Below are positions 53,457 through 63,476 of a stretch of DNA of 64,000 nt, piece by piece (within the stretch, counting starts at the first letter, position 1; every line of letters starts with the position of its first letter). Origin of the DNA: an uncultured delta proteobacterium. GTDB taxonomy: Bacteria > Desulfobacterota > Binatia > HRBIN30 > BPIQ01. The DNA lies in assembly GCA_963761335.1 (NCBI GenBank), contig CAVXGR010000015.1:288001-352000 (forward strand), read 5' to 3'. The translations under genes were made by a program, and so were the position numbers. Below the pieces are notes generated by a model. It saw only the letters and a list, made by a program, of their open reading frames with translations. It did not search any database and was not told where the DNA came from.

Positions 53457-55985
53457 ATGACCTCCATGACCCCGCTGCCGATCGATCCCCTGCTGCCGCA
53501 GATCGCTGCGCAGCTGGCGCGCGCGCCGCGCCTGGTGCTGCGCGCCGAGCCGGGAGCGGGCAAGACGACGCGGGTGCCGGCGGCGTTGCTCGATGCCGGT
53601 CTGGCAAACGGCAGACAGGTGCTGGTTCTCGAGCCGCGCCGTATCGCCGCCCGCGCCGCGGCCGAGTTCGTGGCCCGCGAGCGCCGCGGCAGCGTCGGCG
53701 GCGAGGTCGGTTACCGGGTCCGCTTCGAGCAACGCGGCGGTCCGCGCACGCGCCTGTGGTTCCTCACCGAGGGCATCCTCGGCCGCCAGCTGGCGCGCGA
53801 TCCGTTTCTGGAAGCGGCCGGCGTCGTCGTCCTCGACGAGTTCCACGAGCGGCATTTGCAGGGGGACGTCGCCCTGGCGGTGATCCGCGAGCTGCAGGAG
53901 AGCGTGCGTCCCGACCTCAAGCTGGTGGTGATGTCGGCGACTCTCGACACCGAGCGCCTCAGCCGCTACCTGGGCGATTGCCCGGTGTTGACCTCCACGG
54001 GGCGCGCCCATCCAGTCGCGGTCGAGTATGCCCGCGAGGCGGCGGCGCGGCCGCTGCCGGCGCGGGTCGCCGCCGCGGCTCGCGGCCTTCTCGAGAATCC
54101 CGGCGAAGGCGACGTGCTCGTCTTTCTGCCGGGAGCCGCGGAGATCCGCCGCACGGCCGAGGCCCTGGAGCCGATGGCGGAGCGCTTCGCCGTGGACGTC
54201 GTGCCGCTGCACGGCGATCTGCCCCTGGAGGCACAGCAGCGCGCCATCCGGCGAGGTCCCCGCCGGCGGGTGGTGCTGGCGACCAACGTCGCGGAGACGG
54301 CGCTGACCGTCGAGGGCGTCACCGCAGTCATCGACTCGGGGCTGGCGCGGCTGGCGCGCTTCGACCCGCGGCACGGCATCAACTCCCTGCGTCTGGCGCC
54401 CATCAGCCGCGCCGCGGCGGCGCAGCGCGCCGGGCGCGCCGGACGGACGGCACCGGGCCGCTGCCTGCGCCTGTGGACGGAAGCGGAGCAGGCGCATCGC
54501 CGCGACTTCGAGACGCCGGAGATCCTGCGGCTCGATCTGTGCAGCACTGTGCTCGAGCTGCGCGCCTGGGGTCTCCGCGATCCCGCCCGCTTCGCCTGGC
54601 TCGATGCGCCGCCGGAGTCGTCGCTGCGGCGGGCCGAGGATCTGCTGCTGCAGCTCGGCGCCATCGCCGAGCTCGGCGGCCCGCTCACTGATCTCGGCGG
54701 CGCCTTGCTGGCCCTTCCCGTGCACCCGCGCCTGGGACGGATTCTCGTCGAAGCCCAACGGCGTGGCTGCCACCGTGCGGGGGCCCTGATGGCGGCGCTC
54801 GCCTCCGAGCGCGACATTCTCCTGGAGCAACGGGCGCTGGCCGCCACCCCGACCAGCCGCTGGCCGGCGGGGCCGTCGGATCTCCTCCTGCGCATGCAGC
54901 TGTTCGAGGAGGTGGAGCGGCGCGGCTTCGGCGCCTCGACCTGCAGCTCTCTGGGCATCGAGGCGCGGGCGGCGCGCGCCGTGCGCCGCGCCCGCCTGCA
55001 GCTCGAGCGGCTCGGCCGCGGCGGCGAGCCCGGCGACGGCGGCGACGACGAGGCCTTGCGGCGCTGCGTGCTCGCCGGCTTCCCCGACCGCGTCGTGCGG
55101 CGGCGGCAGCCGGGGTCGCCGCGGGGGCTCATGGTCGGTGGCACCGGGGTGGTGCTGAGCGAGGCGAGCGTGGTGCGCGAGGAAGAGCTGTTTGTCGCCG
55201 TCGACCTCGAGGCCCGCGCCGGCCAGCTGGCCGAGGCGCGGGTGCATCTGGCCAGCGGCATCCGCCGCGAGTGGCTCGCTGAGATGCCCGCGTCCGTGCA
55301 CCAGGTGCACGAGCTCGTCTTCGACCCGCAAGGCGAGCGGGTGGTGGAGCGGATGCGCACGCTCTTCCGTGATCTCACTCTCGACGAGCGCGTCGCCACC
55401 GCCGTCGATCGGGGACGCGCTGGGGAGATCCTCGCCGCCGCGGCACGGCGCGACCCGGAGACGGCCGCGGCCTTCGGCGAGGCGGAGCGCTCCCTGGTGG
55501 AGCGCGTCCGTTTCCTGCAGCGCTGGATGCCGGAGCTCGAGTGGCCGCCGGAGGTGAGCGGGCTGGTGGCCGATACGGTGGCCTCGCTGTGCGCCGGGCG
55601 CCTCAGCTTCGCCGAGCTGCGCCGCGCCGATCTGGGGGCGGCGCTGCGCGGTGCCTTGACGCAGCGCCAGCGCGCCGCCCTGGAGCGCCAGGCACCGTCG
55701 CGGCTGGCGCTCCCCCGCGGCCGCAGCGCCGCCGTGCACTACGAGCGCGACAAGCCGCCCTGGCTGGCGGCGCGCATCCAGGACCTGTTCGGTCTCGAGA
55801 GCTCGCCGCGACTGGCGGCCGGGCGTGTGCCGCTGGTGGTCCAGTTGCTGGCCCCGAGCCAGCGGCCGGTGCAGATCACCGACGATCTGCAGAGCTTCTG
55901 GCGCAATACCTACGCCGAGGTGCGCAAGCAGCTCCGCGGCCGCTACCCGAAGCACGACTGGCCGGAGGATCCGCTGAAGAGATGA
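53457..55985 (+). CDS. hrpB: ATP-dependent helicase HrpB
   Basis: PGAGKTTRVP, EPRRIAAR, DEFHER, MSAT, TNVAET, QRAGRAGR, C-terminal LLAPSQRPVQITDDL...YPKHDWPEDP. Confidence 0.95.
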   Translation: MTSMTPLPIDPLLPQIAAQLARAPRLVLRAEPGAGKTTRVPAALLDAGLANGRQVLVLEPRRIAARAAAEFVARERRGSVGGEVGYRVRFEQRGGPRTRLWFLTEGILGRQLARDPFLEAAGVVVLDEFHERHLQGDVALAVIRELQESVRPDLKLVVMSATLDTERLSRYLGDCPVLTSTGRAHPVAVEYAREAAARPLPARVAAAARGLLENPGEGDVLVFLPGAAEIRRTAEALEPMAERFAVDVVPLHGDLPLEAQQRAIRRGPRRRVVLATNVAETALTVEGVTAVIDSGLARLARFDPRHGINSLRLAPISRAAAAQRAGRAGRTAPGRCLRLWTEAEQAHRRDFETPEILRLDLCSTVLELRAWGLRDPARFAWLDAPPESSLRRAEDLLLQLGAIAELGGPLTDLGGALLALPVHPRLGRILVEAQRRGCHRAGALMAALASERDILLEQRALAATPTSRWPAGPSDLLLRMQLFEEVERRGFGASTCSSLGIEARAARAVRRARLQLERLGRGGEPGDGGDDEALRRCVLAGFPDRVVRRRQPGSPRGLMVGGTGVVLSEASVVREEELFVAVDLEARAGQLAEARVHLASGIRREWLAEMPASVHQVHELVFDPQGERVVERMRTLFRDLTLDERVATAVDRGRAGEILAAAARRDPETAAAFGEAERSLVERVRFLQRWMPELEWPPEVSGLVADTVASLCAGRLSFAELRRADLGAALRGALTQRQRAALERQAPSRLALPRGRSAAVHYERDKPPWLAARIQDLFGLESSPRLAAGRVPLVVQLLAPSQRPVQITDDLQSFWRNTYAEVRKQLRGRYPKHDWPEDPLKR

Positions 55986-55987
55986 TC

Positions 55988-56082
55988 GGTTGTCGAGCTC
56001 TCGGGTTGGCAGCTCGAGCGCGCCAGTGGGAGCTCGAGAGCTCGTGAGCTCGAAAACCCGGGAGCTCGACAGCTCGGCAACT
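55988..56082. repeat. Degenerate 8-mer (GAGCTCGA-like) repeat array with inverted arms
   Basis: gttgtcgagctctcgggtt ... aacccgggagctcgacagc; repeated agctcg units. Confidence 0.65.
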
Positions 56083-56143
56083 GCGTTTCCTTGCGTCTGC
56101 GCCACTGTCCTGTAGGAATGGGATGCGTGGAGAGCAGGCTGTG

Positions 56144-58315
56144 ATGGAAGAATCGAGGGGCAACGATGGCGGGCGCGACATCGAGCGCGCCGTGGCAGAG
56201 CTCTGCGAGCGGCTGCCGGCGCCCTTGGCGCCGCTGGCGCGCCTGACATACAACTACCGCTGGTCGTGGATGGATGACGGCGCCACCGTCTTCCGCGATC
56301 TCTACCCGGGGGCGTGGCGCCGCAGCCGCTGCAATCCGCTCTACGTCCTCGAGGCCGTGCCCACCCGGCGGCTGAAGGAGATGGCAGCCGACGGCGAGTA
56401 CGTCGCCCGCATCGAGGCGATGGCGGCACGGCTCGAGGCCGATCTGCGGCGACCGGCGCTCGGCGCCGTGCCCGTCGGCGAGCCGGTGGCGTACTTCTGC
56501 TCCGAGTTCGGCGTGCACTGCTCGCTGCCCCTCTACGGCGGCGGTCTCGGCGTGCTCGCCGGCGATCTGGTGAAGGCGGCCTCCGACCTGGCGCTGCCGC
56601 TGGTCGGCGTGGGGCTTCTCTACCGCGAGGGGTACTTCCACCAGCGCTTCGACATCTCCGGCTGGCAGTACGAGTACTGGGTGGAGACTGACTTCGAGCG
56701 CCTGCCGGCCGTGCTGGTCACAGGCGGCGACCAGCTGCCGCTGACCGTCGAGGTGGTGATCCGCGATCGCGTCGTCAAGATCCAGGTGTGGCGCATCGAG
56801 GTGGGCCGGGTGCAGCTCTATCTCCTCGACACCGACCGCGAGGACAACAACCCGATCGATCGCTTCATCACCTCGCGCCTCTACGTCGGCGACCGACACA
56901 CGCGCCTGGCGCAGTACGCGGTGCTCGGCATCGGCGGTATGCGCGCCCTGACGCAGATGGGCATCCGCCCGTCGCTGCTCCATCTGAACGAGGGGCACGC
57001 GGCCCTCAGCAGTCTCGAGCGCCTGCGCGTCATGATGAATGCCGGCAAGTCTTTCGAGGAGGCGCTCGCGGCGGTGCGGCGGCAGACCGTGTTCACGACC
57101 CACACGCCCGTGCCCGCGGGCAACGAGGGCTACAGCCGCGAGGAGATCGAGCCGGTTCTCGGGAATTTCCTCGACTCGCTGAAGATTCCGCGCCTGACGT
57201 TCTACAACCTCGGCCGACTGGCTCCGGGCAACGAGCAGGAGCCCGCCAGCATCACGCCGCTGGCCCTGCGCACCAGCCGCGCCTCCAACGGCGTGTCGCG
57301 CCGCCACGGCGAGGTGGCTCGCGCCATGTGGCAGCCTCTCTGGCGCCACACCCCGGTCGAGCAGGTGCCGATCTCGCACGTGACCAATGGCGTGCACGTG
57401 AACACCTGGATGGCGCCGCCGATGCAGCGGCTTCTCGATTGCCATCTGGGAGAGAGCTGGCGGGATCGGGTGACCCAGTCCGACATCTGGAAACGCATCG
57501 ATCAGATACCCGACGAGGAGCTGTGGCAGGTGCGCGGCGAGATGCGCGAACGGCTGGTTTCCTACATCCGCGAGCGCTCGATCCGCGATCGCATCGGCCG
57601 CGGCGAGGCCCCCCAGTACGTCGAGGCGGCGGCGCGCGTCTTCGAAGCCAACGTGCTGACAATCGGCTTCGCCCGGCGCGCCGCCACCTACAAGCGGCTC
57701 TACCTCCTCACCCGCCATCCGGAGCGCGGACTCCCCCTCCTGAGCGATGGGCCGCGCCCGGTGCAGGTGATCGTCGCCGGCAAGGCGCACCCGCAGGACA
57801 ACGAGGCCAAGGAGACGCTGCGCAGCATCTTCTCGCTGCGCGCCAATACGGACGTGTCGCGACGCGCCGCCTTCGCCGAGGACTACGACCTGCACATGGC
57901 GCCGCGCATCGTCTCCGGTGTGGATCTGTGGCTGAACCTGCCGCGTCCGCCGCTCGAAGCCAGCGGTACCAGCGGCATGAAGGTGAGCCTCAACGGCGGC
58001 CTGAACCTGAGTGTCCTCGACGGCTGGTGGGCGGAGGCCTACGACGGCTCCAACGGCTGGGCGATCGCCTCTCCGGAAGCGGATCCGGCGACTCAGGACG
58101 ACCACGACGCTCATGCGCTCTTCGACCTCTTGGAGAAGGAGGTCATCCCGCTCTTCTACGAGCGCGACGAAGCCGGCCTGCCGCGCCGCTGGCTGCGGCG
58201 GGTGAAGGCGTCGATGCGAACCCTCATCCCGCAGTTCACGGCCCGCCGCATGCTGCAGGACTACGTCGACACCATGTACACCCCATCGTCGTCGTCGCCT
58301 CCTCCGGATCTGTGA
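56144..58315 (+). CDS. glgP: Alpha-glucan (glycogen) phosphorylase
   Basis: AYFCSEFG, GGLGVLAGD, HLNEGH, FTTHTPVPAG, FARRAATYKR, AGKAHP, EASGTSGMK. Confidence 0.94.
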   Translation: MEESRGNDGGRDIERAVAELCERLPAPLAPLARLTYNYRWSWMDDGATVFRDLYPGAWRRSRCNPLYVLEAVPTRRLKEMAADGEYVARIEAMAARLEADLRRPALGAVPVGEPVAYFCSEFGVHCSLPLYGGGLGVLAGDLVKAASDLALPLVGVGLLYREGYFHQRFDISGWQYEYWVETDFERLPAVLVTGGDQLPLTVEVVIRDRVVKIQVWRIEVGRVQLYLLDTDREDNNPIDRFITSRLYVGDRHTRLAQYAVLGIGGMRALTQMGIRPSLLHLNEGHAALSSLERLRVMMNAGKSFEEALAAVRRQTVFTTHTPVPAGNEGYSREEIEPVLGNFLDSLKIPRLTFYNLGRLAPGNEQEPASITPLALRTSRASNGVSRRHGEVARAMWQPLWRHTPVEQVPISHVTNGVHVNTWMAPPMQRLLDCHLGESWRDRVTQSDIWKRIDQIPDEELWQVRGEMRERLVSYIRERSIRDRIGRGEAPQYVEAAARVFEANVLTIGFARRAATYKRLYLLTRHPERGLPLLSDGPRPVQVIVAGKAHPQDNEAKETLRSIFSLRANTDVSRRAAFAEDYDLHMAPRIVSGVDLWLNLPRPPLEASGTSGMKVSLNGGLNLSVLDGWWAEAYDGSNGWAIASPEADPATQDDHDAHALFDLLEKEVIPLFYERDEAGLPRRWLRRVKASMRTLIPQFTARRMLQDYVDTMYTPSSSSPPPDL

Positions 58316-58370
58316 GCGGGCCCGATCATCTGGTAGTGCGTCAGTTTGATTCCGACGCACAGGCACCAGG

Positions 58371-58515
58371 TCCCTCTCCCCGCATTTCTCCGCGGGGAGA
58401 GGTCAGGTGAGGGGTCCCTTTTTTCACTGAAAGCTCGTTGTTATCCGCGCACCTTCAAAGAAGATCGGCACCCTCACCCCTGCCCCTCTCCCGCGGGCAA
58501 TGCGGGAGAGGGAGA
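58371..58515. repeat. Inverted pair of CCCTCTCCC...GGGAGAGG palindromic repeats between convergent genes
   Basis: 58371-58414 and 58471-58515 are mutually inverted hairpin units. Confidence 0.75.
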
Positions 58516-58583
58516 CATCAAACGGCCCGAAATGAATTGAGGCACTACCGAGCATCTCGACGCCTTGCCGTCGAGGGCGGCGC

Positions 58584-59090
58584 TCAGAGCAAGGGAGAAC
58601 GACAGAACGCCGCGGCGATTGCCTGCGCCGACTCCGGCTCGATCAGCGCCGTGAGTGCCTCGTAGCCGCCGGCAGCGACGGCGGCCGGCGGTACGAGATA
58701 GCCGAGATAGTCGTTGGCATAGCCGGCGAGCAGCGACGGTCGCGGTCGCGCCGCGCGCATCGCGGCTCCGGCAGAGGAGAACACCTCGCCGGGAACGGCG
58801 AGAATCTCGGCGGCACCGCAGCGCAGCACCTGTATCACGGCGCTCTCTGGAGGAGCGCCGAGAATCTCCCCGATGCCGCCCGTGGCCAGAAAGAGCTGCG
58901 CCATGGCTCCTTCGAGATGGGAGGCGATCAGGCGCAGCTGCGGCGCCGGCAGCGCCGCCGCCTGTGCCTCCTGGAAGCGGGCCGCCGCCGCCGCGACCAG
59001 GCGCTGCGCCTCCGCCGCGTCCGGGAACTGCCGCGGCCGCACCGCAACCTCGACAACGCGCGCCCCGATCGTGTCTCCGACCGAGGCGCT
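58584..59090 (-). pseudogene. 3' remnant of a neutral-ceramidase-family amidohydrolase gene
   Basis: IQVLRCG, AVPGEVF, LAGYANDYLGYL, GGYE motifs; no N-terminal part or convincing start; left boundary is the stop, right boundary approximate. Confidence 0.65.
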
Positions 59091-59805
59091 CGGCGGCGGC
59101 GGCGACGATCTGCCCGGCGACGGGGTCACCTGCCGCGGCGGTCTCCGTGACCCGCGCCGCCAGGGAGGCGAGGCGCTCGCGACTCAGCGGCTCGCCGTAG
59201 ACGAGGACGGCGATCTCCAGAGCGCTGCCGACTCCGAGCGCGGCGGCGAGTGCGGCGCTCAGCGCCGTCGGCTCGCCGCGGCCGTCGGCGGCGCGCGCTA
59301 CGGCGCGCAGGGCGCGGCTGGCGATGTCGTAGGCGCTGCCTTCGTCACCCATGATGTGGCCCCAGCCATCGACCTGACAGCTGTCGCCGCTAGCGTTGCG
59401 GGCATAGCAGACGGCGCCGGTGCCGGCGCTGACCACGGCGCCGACCGGCGCCCGCAAAGCTCCCCAGAAGCCGGCGACCATGTCCCCGACAGCGCGGACC
59501 TCCGCCGCCTCGGGGAGCAGCTCGGCCAGAAGTGACTCGACCACCTGGCGCCCTTCGCCGTGCGCTCCGACTCCCGAGCTGCCGACGGTCACCATGCGCA
59601 GCCCGCCGCGATCGACGGCGGCGGCGCGGAGGCTCTCCGACACCGCCTGAGACAGCGAGGCGCGCGCCGTGTTCCAGCCGGCGAGGATGTGGTTCGCGGG
59701 ACCGCCACGCCCGCTGCCGAGGACGTGCCCTCCGGCATCGGCGACCAGGCTGCGGCAGCCCGAGCCGCCGGCGTCGATTGCCAGAATGAGGGGCAGCGAG
59801 GACAT
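59080..59805 (-). pseudogene. BadF/BadG-type N-acetylglucosamine kinase-like gene, 3'-truncated
   Basis: IDAGGSGC, GGPAN, SAGTGAV, GWGHIMGDEGSAY, GDPVAGQIV; after AAAERLG the frame becomes low-complexity and lacks the final GG/GA motifs. Confidence 0.7.
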
Positions 59806-59880
59806 TCCGGTCGGACCTCTACGCCAGGGGCCGCGGCGGCACAACTCGCTCTGCGCGGCATTGTTTGCTACTGAGCGGCG

Positions 59881-60312
59881 ATGAAGCGAAGCGTGTGGGC
59901 CATCGCCCTGGCTATCGGCTGCGCCGGCTGTCTGGCCGATACGGCAATGCGCAACGCGCCGGAGGGGCCGGTGCCGTACCGGGTCGGCTTCACCGACGGC
60001 TGCTGGAGCGGTCGCTACGACGCCCGCGGCTACGGCCACCGGGATCTCGATCGCTCCCGCTACCGGGTCGACGATCTCTACCGCAAGGGTTGGAACGACG
60101 GCTACGAGAAGTGCTACCGCGACGAGACGGCGAAGCCGCCGCCGGCGTTGGTCCAGCCGCCGACGCCGGAGCCGACGCCGAGACCGATTGCCGAGGGCCC
60201 TGCCACCAGCGCCGCCGAGGAGCGCCAGGCGATCCAGCGCCGCATCAAGGAGCTCGAGGAGGAGATCTCCGGGCTGCGCACCCGGCTTCGTCAGCTCCCC
60301 GCCGAGCCGTAG
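59881..60312 (+). CDS. Hypothetical exported protein/lipoprotein with C-terminal coiled coil
   Basis: Signal with Cys; repeated YxxGFxDG / YxxGWxDG motif, Pro linker, coiled coil. Confidence 0.7.
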   Translation: MKRSVWAIALAIGCAGCLADTAMRNAPEGPVPYRVGFTDGCWSGRYDARGYGHRDLDRSRYRVDDLYRKGWNDGYEKCYRDETAKPPPALVQPPTPEPTPRPIAEGPATSAAEERQAIQRRIKELEEEISGLRTRLRQLPAEP

Positions 60313-60403
60313 GCGGCGGCTCTGCGGACCGCGGCCAACCTGCTATGATCGGCTCCGGCTGTAACAGGGCAGCCCGAAGACCCCCCCACTCGACGACAGT
60401 GTC

Positions 60404-61405
60404 ATGATCGCCATCCTCTACGGCGCCGACTTTGCGCCCTTCGTCGAGCCGATTGCGCGCGACCTCTGCGCCGCCGGCGCCGCTCTGGGTGTGGATTTCC
60501 TACCGCTGACCCTGGAGCGCGCCGTGCGGCATCCGGCGCGCGCGGCGCAGGTGCAACGGCTCTACGTCTTGCCGTTCGAGCTACCGGCGGGGGAGTCGGC
60601 GCGCCCGAAGGCGTTCGTGCGCCGACTCTTCGCCAACGCCGAGGTGGTGAACTCGATGGAGGCGCACGAGCTCTGTTGGGACAAGCTCACGGCGATGCAG
60701 CGCCTGGTCGGTCGCGGCATTCCGGTGCCCGAGAGCATCTACACCAGCTCCGCCGACGAGGTGCGGGAGTTTCTCGCCGCGCACCGCTTCGCGATTCTCA
60801 AGGAGCGGCGCGCCTGCGGAGGGCAGGGGCACGTGGTGCTCTGTGACGGCGACGAGGTGCTGGTGGGGGAGAGCGGTGGTCGCCGCTTCGTGGTCGAGCT
60901 CGCCGATGAGGAAGCACCGCGCCGGTTGCGCCAGGGCGTGCTGACCTACCCGGCCCCCTACTATGTGCAGCGGCTGATCGGCGACACCACCGCCGCGGGG
61001 GGCTTCCGCCCCGGGCAGCTGCTGCGCGCCTATGTGGTCGACGGGCAGATCGCCTTCTGGACGGAGCGCTACCGCGAGCGCTATCGGCGCGCTTCCGATT
61101 GGGTCGTCAACGTCGGCTTCGGAGCGCGGTATCGCTTCGTTCTCGAGACCAGTCAGGAGATTCGCAAGATCGCCCTGCGCACCGCGGACGTCCTCGGTGT
61201 GCGCGTCGGCGCCGTCGATCTGGTGCGCACCGGCAGCTCCGGGCCGTACGTGCTGGAGGCCGACACCGACGGCTATCACATGTACATCGATCGGACCTTC
61301 AAGCAGATTCCCGACTACCGCGACGTCTTCGACCTCGACCGCTTCATCGCCGCCGCCATCGCCGCGGAGGAGAACCGCGGCATTAGCGCCACGCGCTTCT
61401 CCTGA
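60404..61405 (+). CDS. RimK-like ATP-grasp protein
   Basis: CWDKL, GIPVPES, ILKERRACGGQG, YYVQRLI, RAYVVDG, NVGFG, GAVDLV, VLEAD. Confidence 0.75.
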   Translation: MIAILYGADFAPFVEPIARDLCAAGAALGVDFLPLTLERAVRHPARAAQVQRLYVLPFELPAGESARPKAFVRRLFANAEVVNSMEAHELCWDKLTAMQRLVGRGIPVPESIYTSSADEVREFLAAHRFAILKERRACGGQGHVVLCDGDEVLVGESGGRRFVVELADEEAPRRLRQGVLTYPAPYYVQRLIGDTTAAGGFRPGQLLRAYVVDGQIAFWTERYRERYRRASDWVVNVGFGARYRFVLETSQEIRKIALRTADVLGVRVGAVDLVRTGSSGPYVLEADTDGYHMYIDRTFKQIPDYRDVFDLDRFIAAAIAAEENRGISATRFS

Positions 61406-61412
61406 GGGCGCT

Positions 61413-61851
61413 GGGGACAGTGCATCATGAGCCTTGCGGCTCACCAGTAGACGATGAAAATGAGGCCGGGGATCTGCCCCGGCAAGAGATTTGGAGGTTA
61501 TCGCCTGGGCGAAGTTCGCCCCGGAGGGGAGGTGGCGTGTAGCCCCGGGTGAAGAGGCTGTCTCAAACCTAGTGTAGAAGCGCCGTCCCGGCGCTTTCCG
61601 AAGCGGCGAGACGCCGCTTCTACTGGGCCCGGGAGCCGGCGAAAGTCGTCTTGCAAGGGTTTTTGAGACAGCCTCGAAATCCGGGGAAGAATGCGCGCTC
61701 CGTCATACGCGCCCCTCCGGGGCGATAAGCTCCACGCCAAGCGCGGGGGCTCCGCCAGACCTTCACCTAAGACATTTCCGAAGGAGTGCTACTCTTGCGG
61801 GCGGAACTGTTGCTTTCTTCCGTTTTCGAGGGGCAAGAGTAGCCTGTCCCC
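61413..61851. repeat. Composite non-coding repeat, copy 2 (interrupted by a MITE)
   Basis: Homologous to 20807-21391; bounded by GGGGACAG/CTGTCCCC. Confidence 0.85.
61554..61675. mobile_element. 122-bp MITE with perfect 14-bp TIRs GAGGCTGTCTCAAA, carrying a GTAG REP doublet
   Basis: TIRs at 61554-61567 and 61662-61675; GAA duplicated at 61551-61553 and 61676-61678; absent from the homologous site 20941-20955. Confidence 0.88.
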
Positions 61852-61856
61852 TTCAA

Positions 61857-63467
61857 ATGGATTACCAGCAGACCTACCGGAGCTTCCGCTGGGACGTTCC
61901 GGCGCATTTCAACTTCAGCGTCGACGTCGTCGACCGCCTGGCGGCGGATCGCAGCCGGGCAGCGCTCTACTGGGAGGACGATGCCGGCCGCGAGAAGCGG
62001 CTGACGTTCTGGGACTTCGGCGTGCAGAGCCGTCGCTTCGCCAATGCTCTGCGCGGCCTCGGGCTGCGCCCCGGCGACCCGGTGATGATCATGCTGCCGC
62101 GCCTTCCCGAGTGGTTCAGCGCCTTTCTCGGAGCCCTGCGGGCCCGCGCCTTGGCGATCCCCTGCACCGCCAGCCTGCGCCCCAAGGACATCCGCTATCG
62201 CGCCCGCCACAGCGGCGCGCGCGCCATCGTCACCGTCCCGGAGAAGGTCGAGGAGGTCGAGGCGGTGCGCGCCGAATGCGAGGATCTGCGCGCCGCCATC
62301 GTCGTCGGCGCGGCTCCGGCGGGGTGGCACTCGTGGGATGATCTGCTGGCGGCCGCGCGGCCGGAGTGGAGCCCGGAGCCGACGCCCAGCGACGAGCCGG
62401 CGATCTGCTTCTACACGTCGGGCACCACCAAGGATCCGAAGGCCGTGCTGCACACCCACGCCTACACCTACGCGCATCGCTACACGGGTCGCTACTGGCT
62501 GCAGCTGCGCCCGGAGGATCTGCACTGGACGACCTCCGATACCGGTTGGGCCAAGGCCGCCTACGGGGTGCTCTTCGGTCCGTGGAACAACGGCGTGCCG
62601 GTGCTCATGTACAACGGCCGCTTCGAGCCGGAGAAGGAGCTGCGGCTGCTCGAGAAGTACGAGGTCAGCGTCTTCTGCGCACCGCCCACCGAGTACCGCC
62701 TGCTGGTGAAGGAAGATCTCTCGCGCTACCGCCTGCCGAGGCTGCGGCACTGCACCGGTGCCGGGGAGCCGCTCAACCCCGAGGTGATCCACGCCTGGGA
62801 GAAGGCCTTTCGCCTGCCCATCTACGACGGCTACGGGCAGACGGAGAGCATCATCATGGTGGCCAACATACCCGGCATCGACATCCGTCCGGGGTCGATG
62901 GGCAAGCCGTTTCCCGGACACGAGGTCGCCGTCATCGGTCCCGACAACCTCGAGCTCCCCGCCGGCGAGCCCGGGGATCTGGCGCTGCGCGGGCACGTGC
63001 CCGGTCTGTTCCGCGAGTACTGGAAGAATCCCGAGGAGACGGCGGCGAGCTGGCGCGGCGAGTGGTACATCACCGGTGATCGCGCCTACCGCGACGAGGA
63101 CGGCTATCTCTGGTTTGTCGGCCGCGCCGACGACGTCATCATCAGCGCCGGCTATCGCATCGGACCGTTCGAGGTGGAGAGCGCCCTGCTCGAGCATCCG
63201 GCGGTGCTCGAGTCGGCGGTGGTCGCCAGCCCGCACGCGGAGCGCGGCGCCATCGTCAAGGCGTTCGTCAAGCTGCGCCCCGGCCAGCAGGGGTCGGCGG
63301 CGCTCGTCCGCGAGCTTCAGGAGCACGTCAAGCGCGTCACCGCCCCATACAAGTACCCGCGCCAGATCGAGTTCATCGACGAGCTGCCGAAGACGGTCAG
63401 CGGCAAGATCCGCCGCGTCGAGCTGCGCCAGCGCGAGGAGCGGCGGGGCGGAGCCGGCGCAGAGTAG
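61857..63467 (+). CDS. Acyl-CoA synthetase (medium-chain/ACSM-like)
   Basis: YTSGTTKDPK, SDTGWAKAA, GAGEPLNP, YGQTE, TGDRA, GRADD, GPFEVES, LPKTVSGKI. Confidence 0.93.
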   Translation: MDYQQTYRSFRWDVPAHFNFSVDVVDRLAADRSRAALYWEDDAGREKRLTFWDFGVQSRRFANALRGLGLRPGDPVMIMLPRLPEWFSAFLGALRARALAIPCTASLRPKDIRYRARHSGARAIVTVPEKVEEVEAVRAECEDLRAAIVVGAAPAGWHSWDDLLAAARPEWSPEPTPSDEPAICFYTSGTTKDPKAVLHTHAYTYAHRYTGRYWLQLRPEDLHWTTSDTGWAKAAYGVLFGPWNNGVPVLMYNGRFEPEKELRLLEKYEVSVFCAPPTEYRLLVKEDLSRYRLPRLRHCTGAGEPLNPEVIHAWEKAFRLPIYDGYGQTESIIMVANIPGIDIRPGSMGKPFPGHEVAVIGPDNLELPAGEPGDLALRGHVPGLFREYWKNPEETAASWRGEWYITGDRAYRDEDGYLWFVGRADDVIISAGYRIGPFEVESALLEHPAVLESAVVASPHAERGAIVKAFVKLRPGQQGSAALVRELQEHVKRVTAPYKYPRQIEFIDELPKTVSGKIRRVELRQREERRGGAGAE

Positions 63468-63476
63468 GAACACAGT

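Noticed and set aside
59060..59110. Programmed frameshift joining the kinase and ceramidase-like frames
   Set aside because: No slippery heptamer is visible and both partners lack large parts, so deletion or misassembly fits better.
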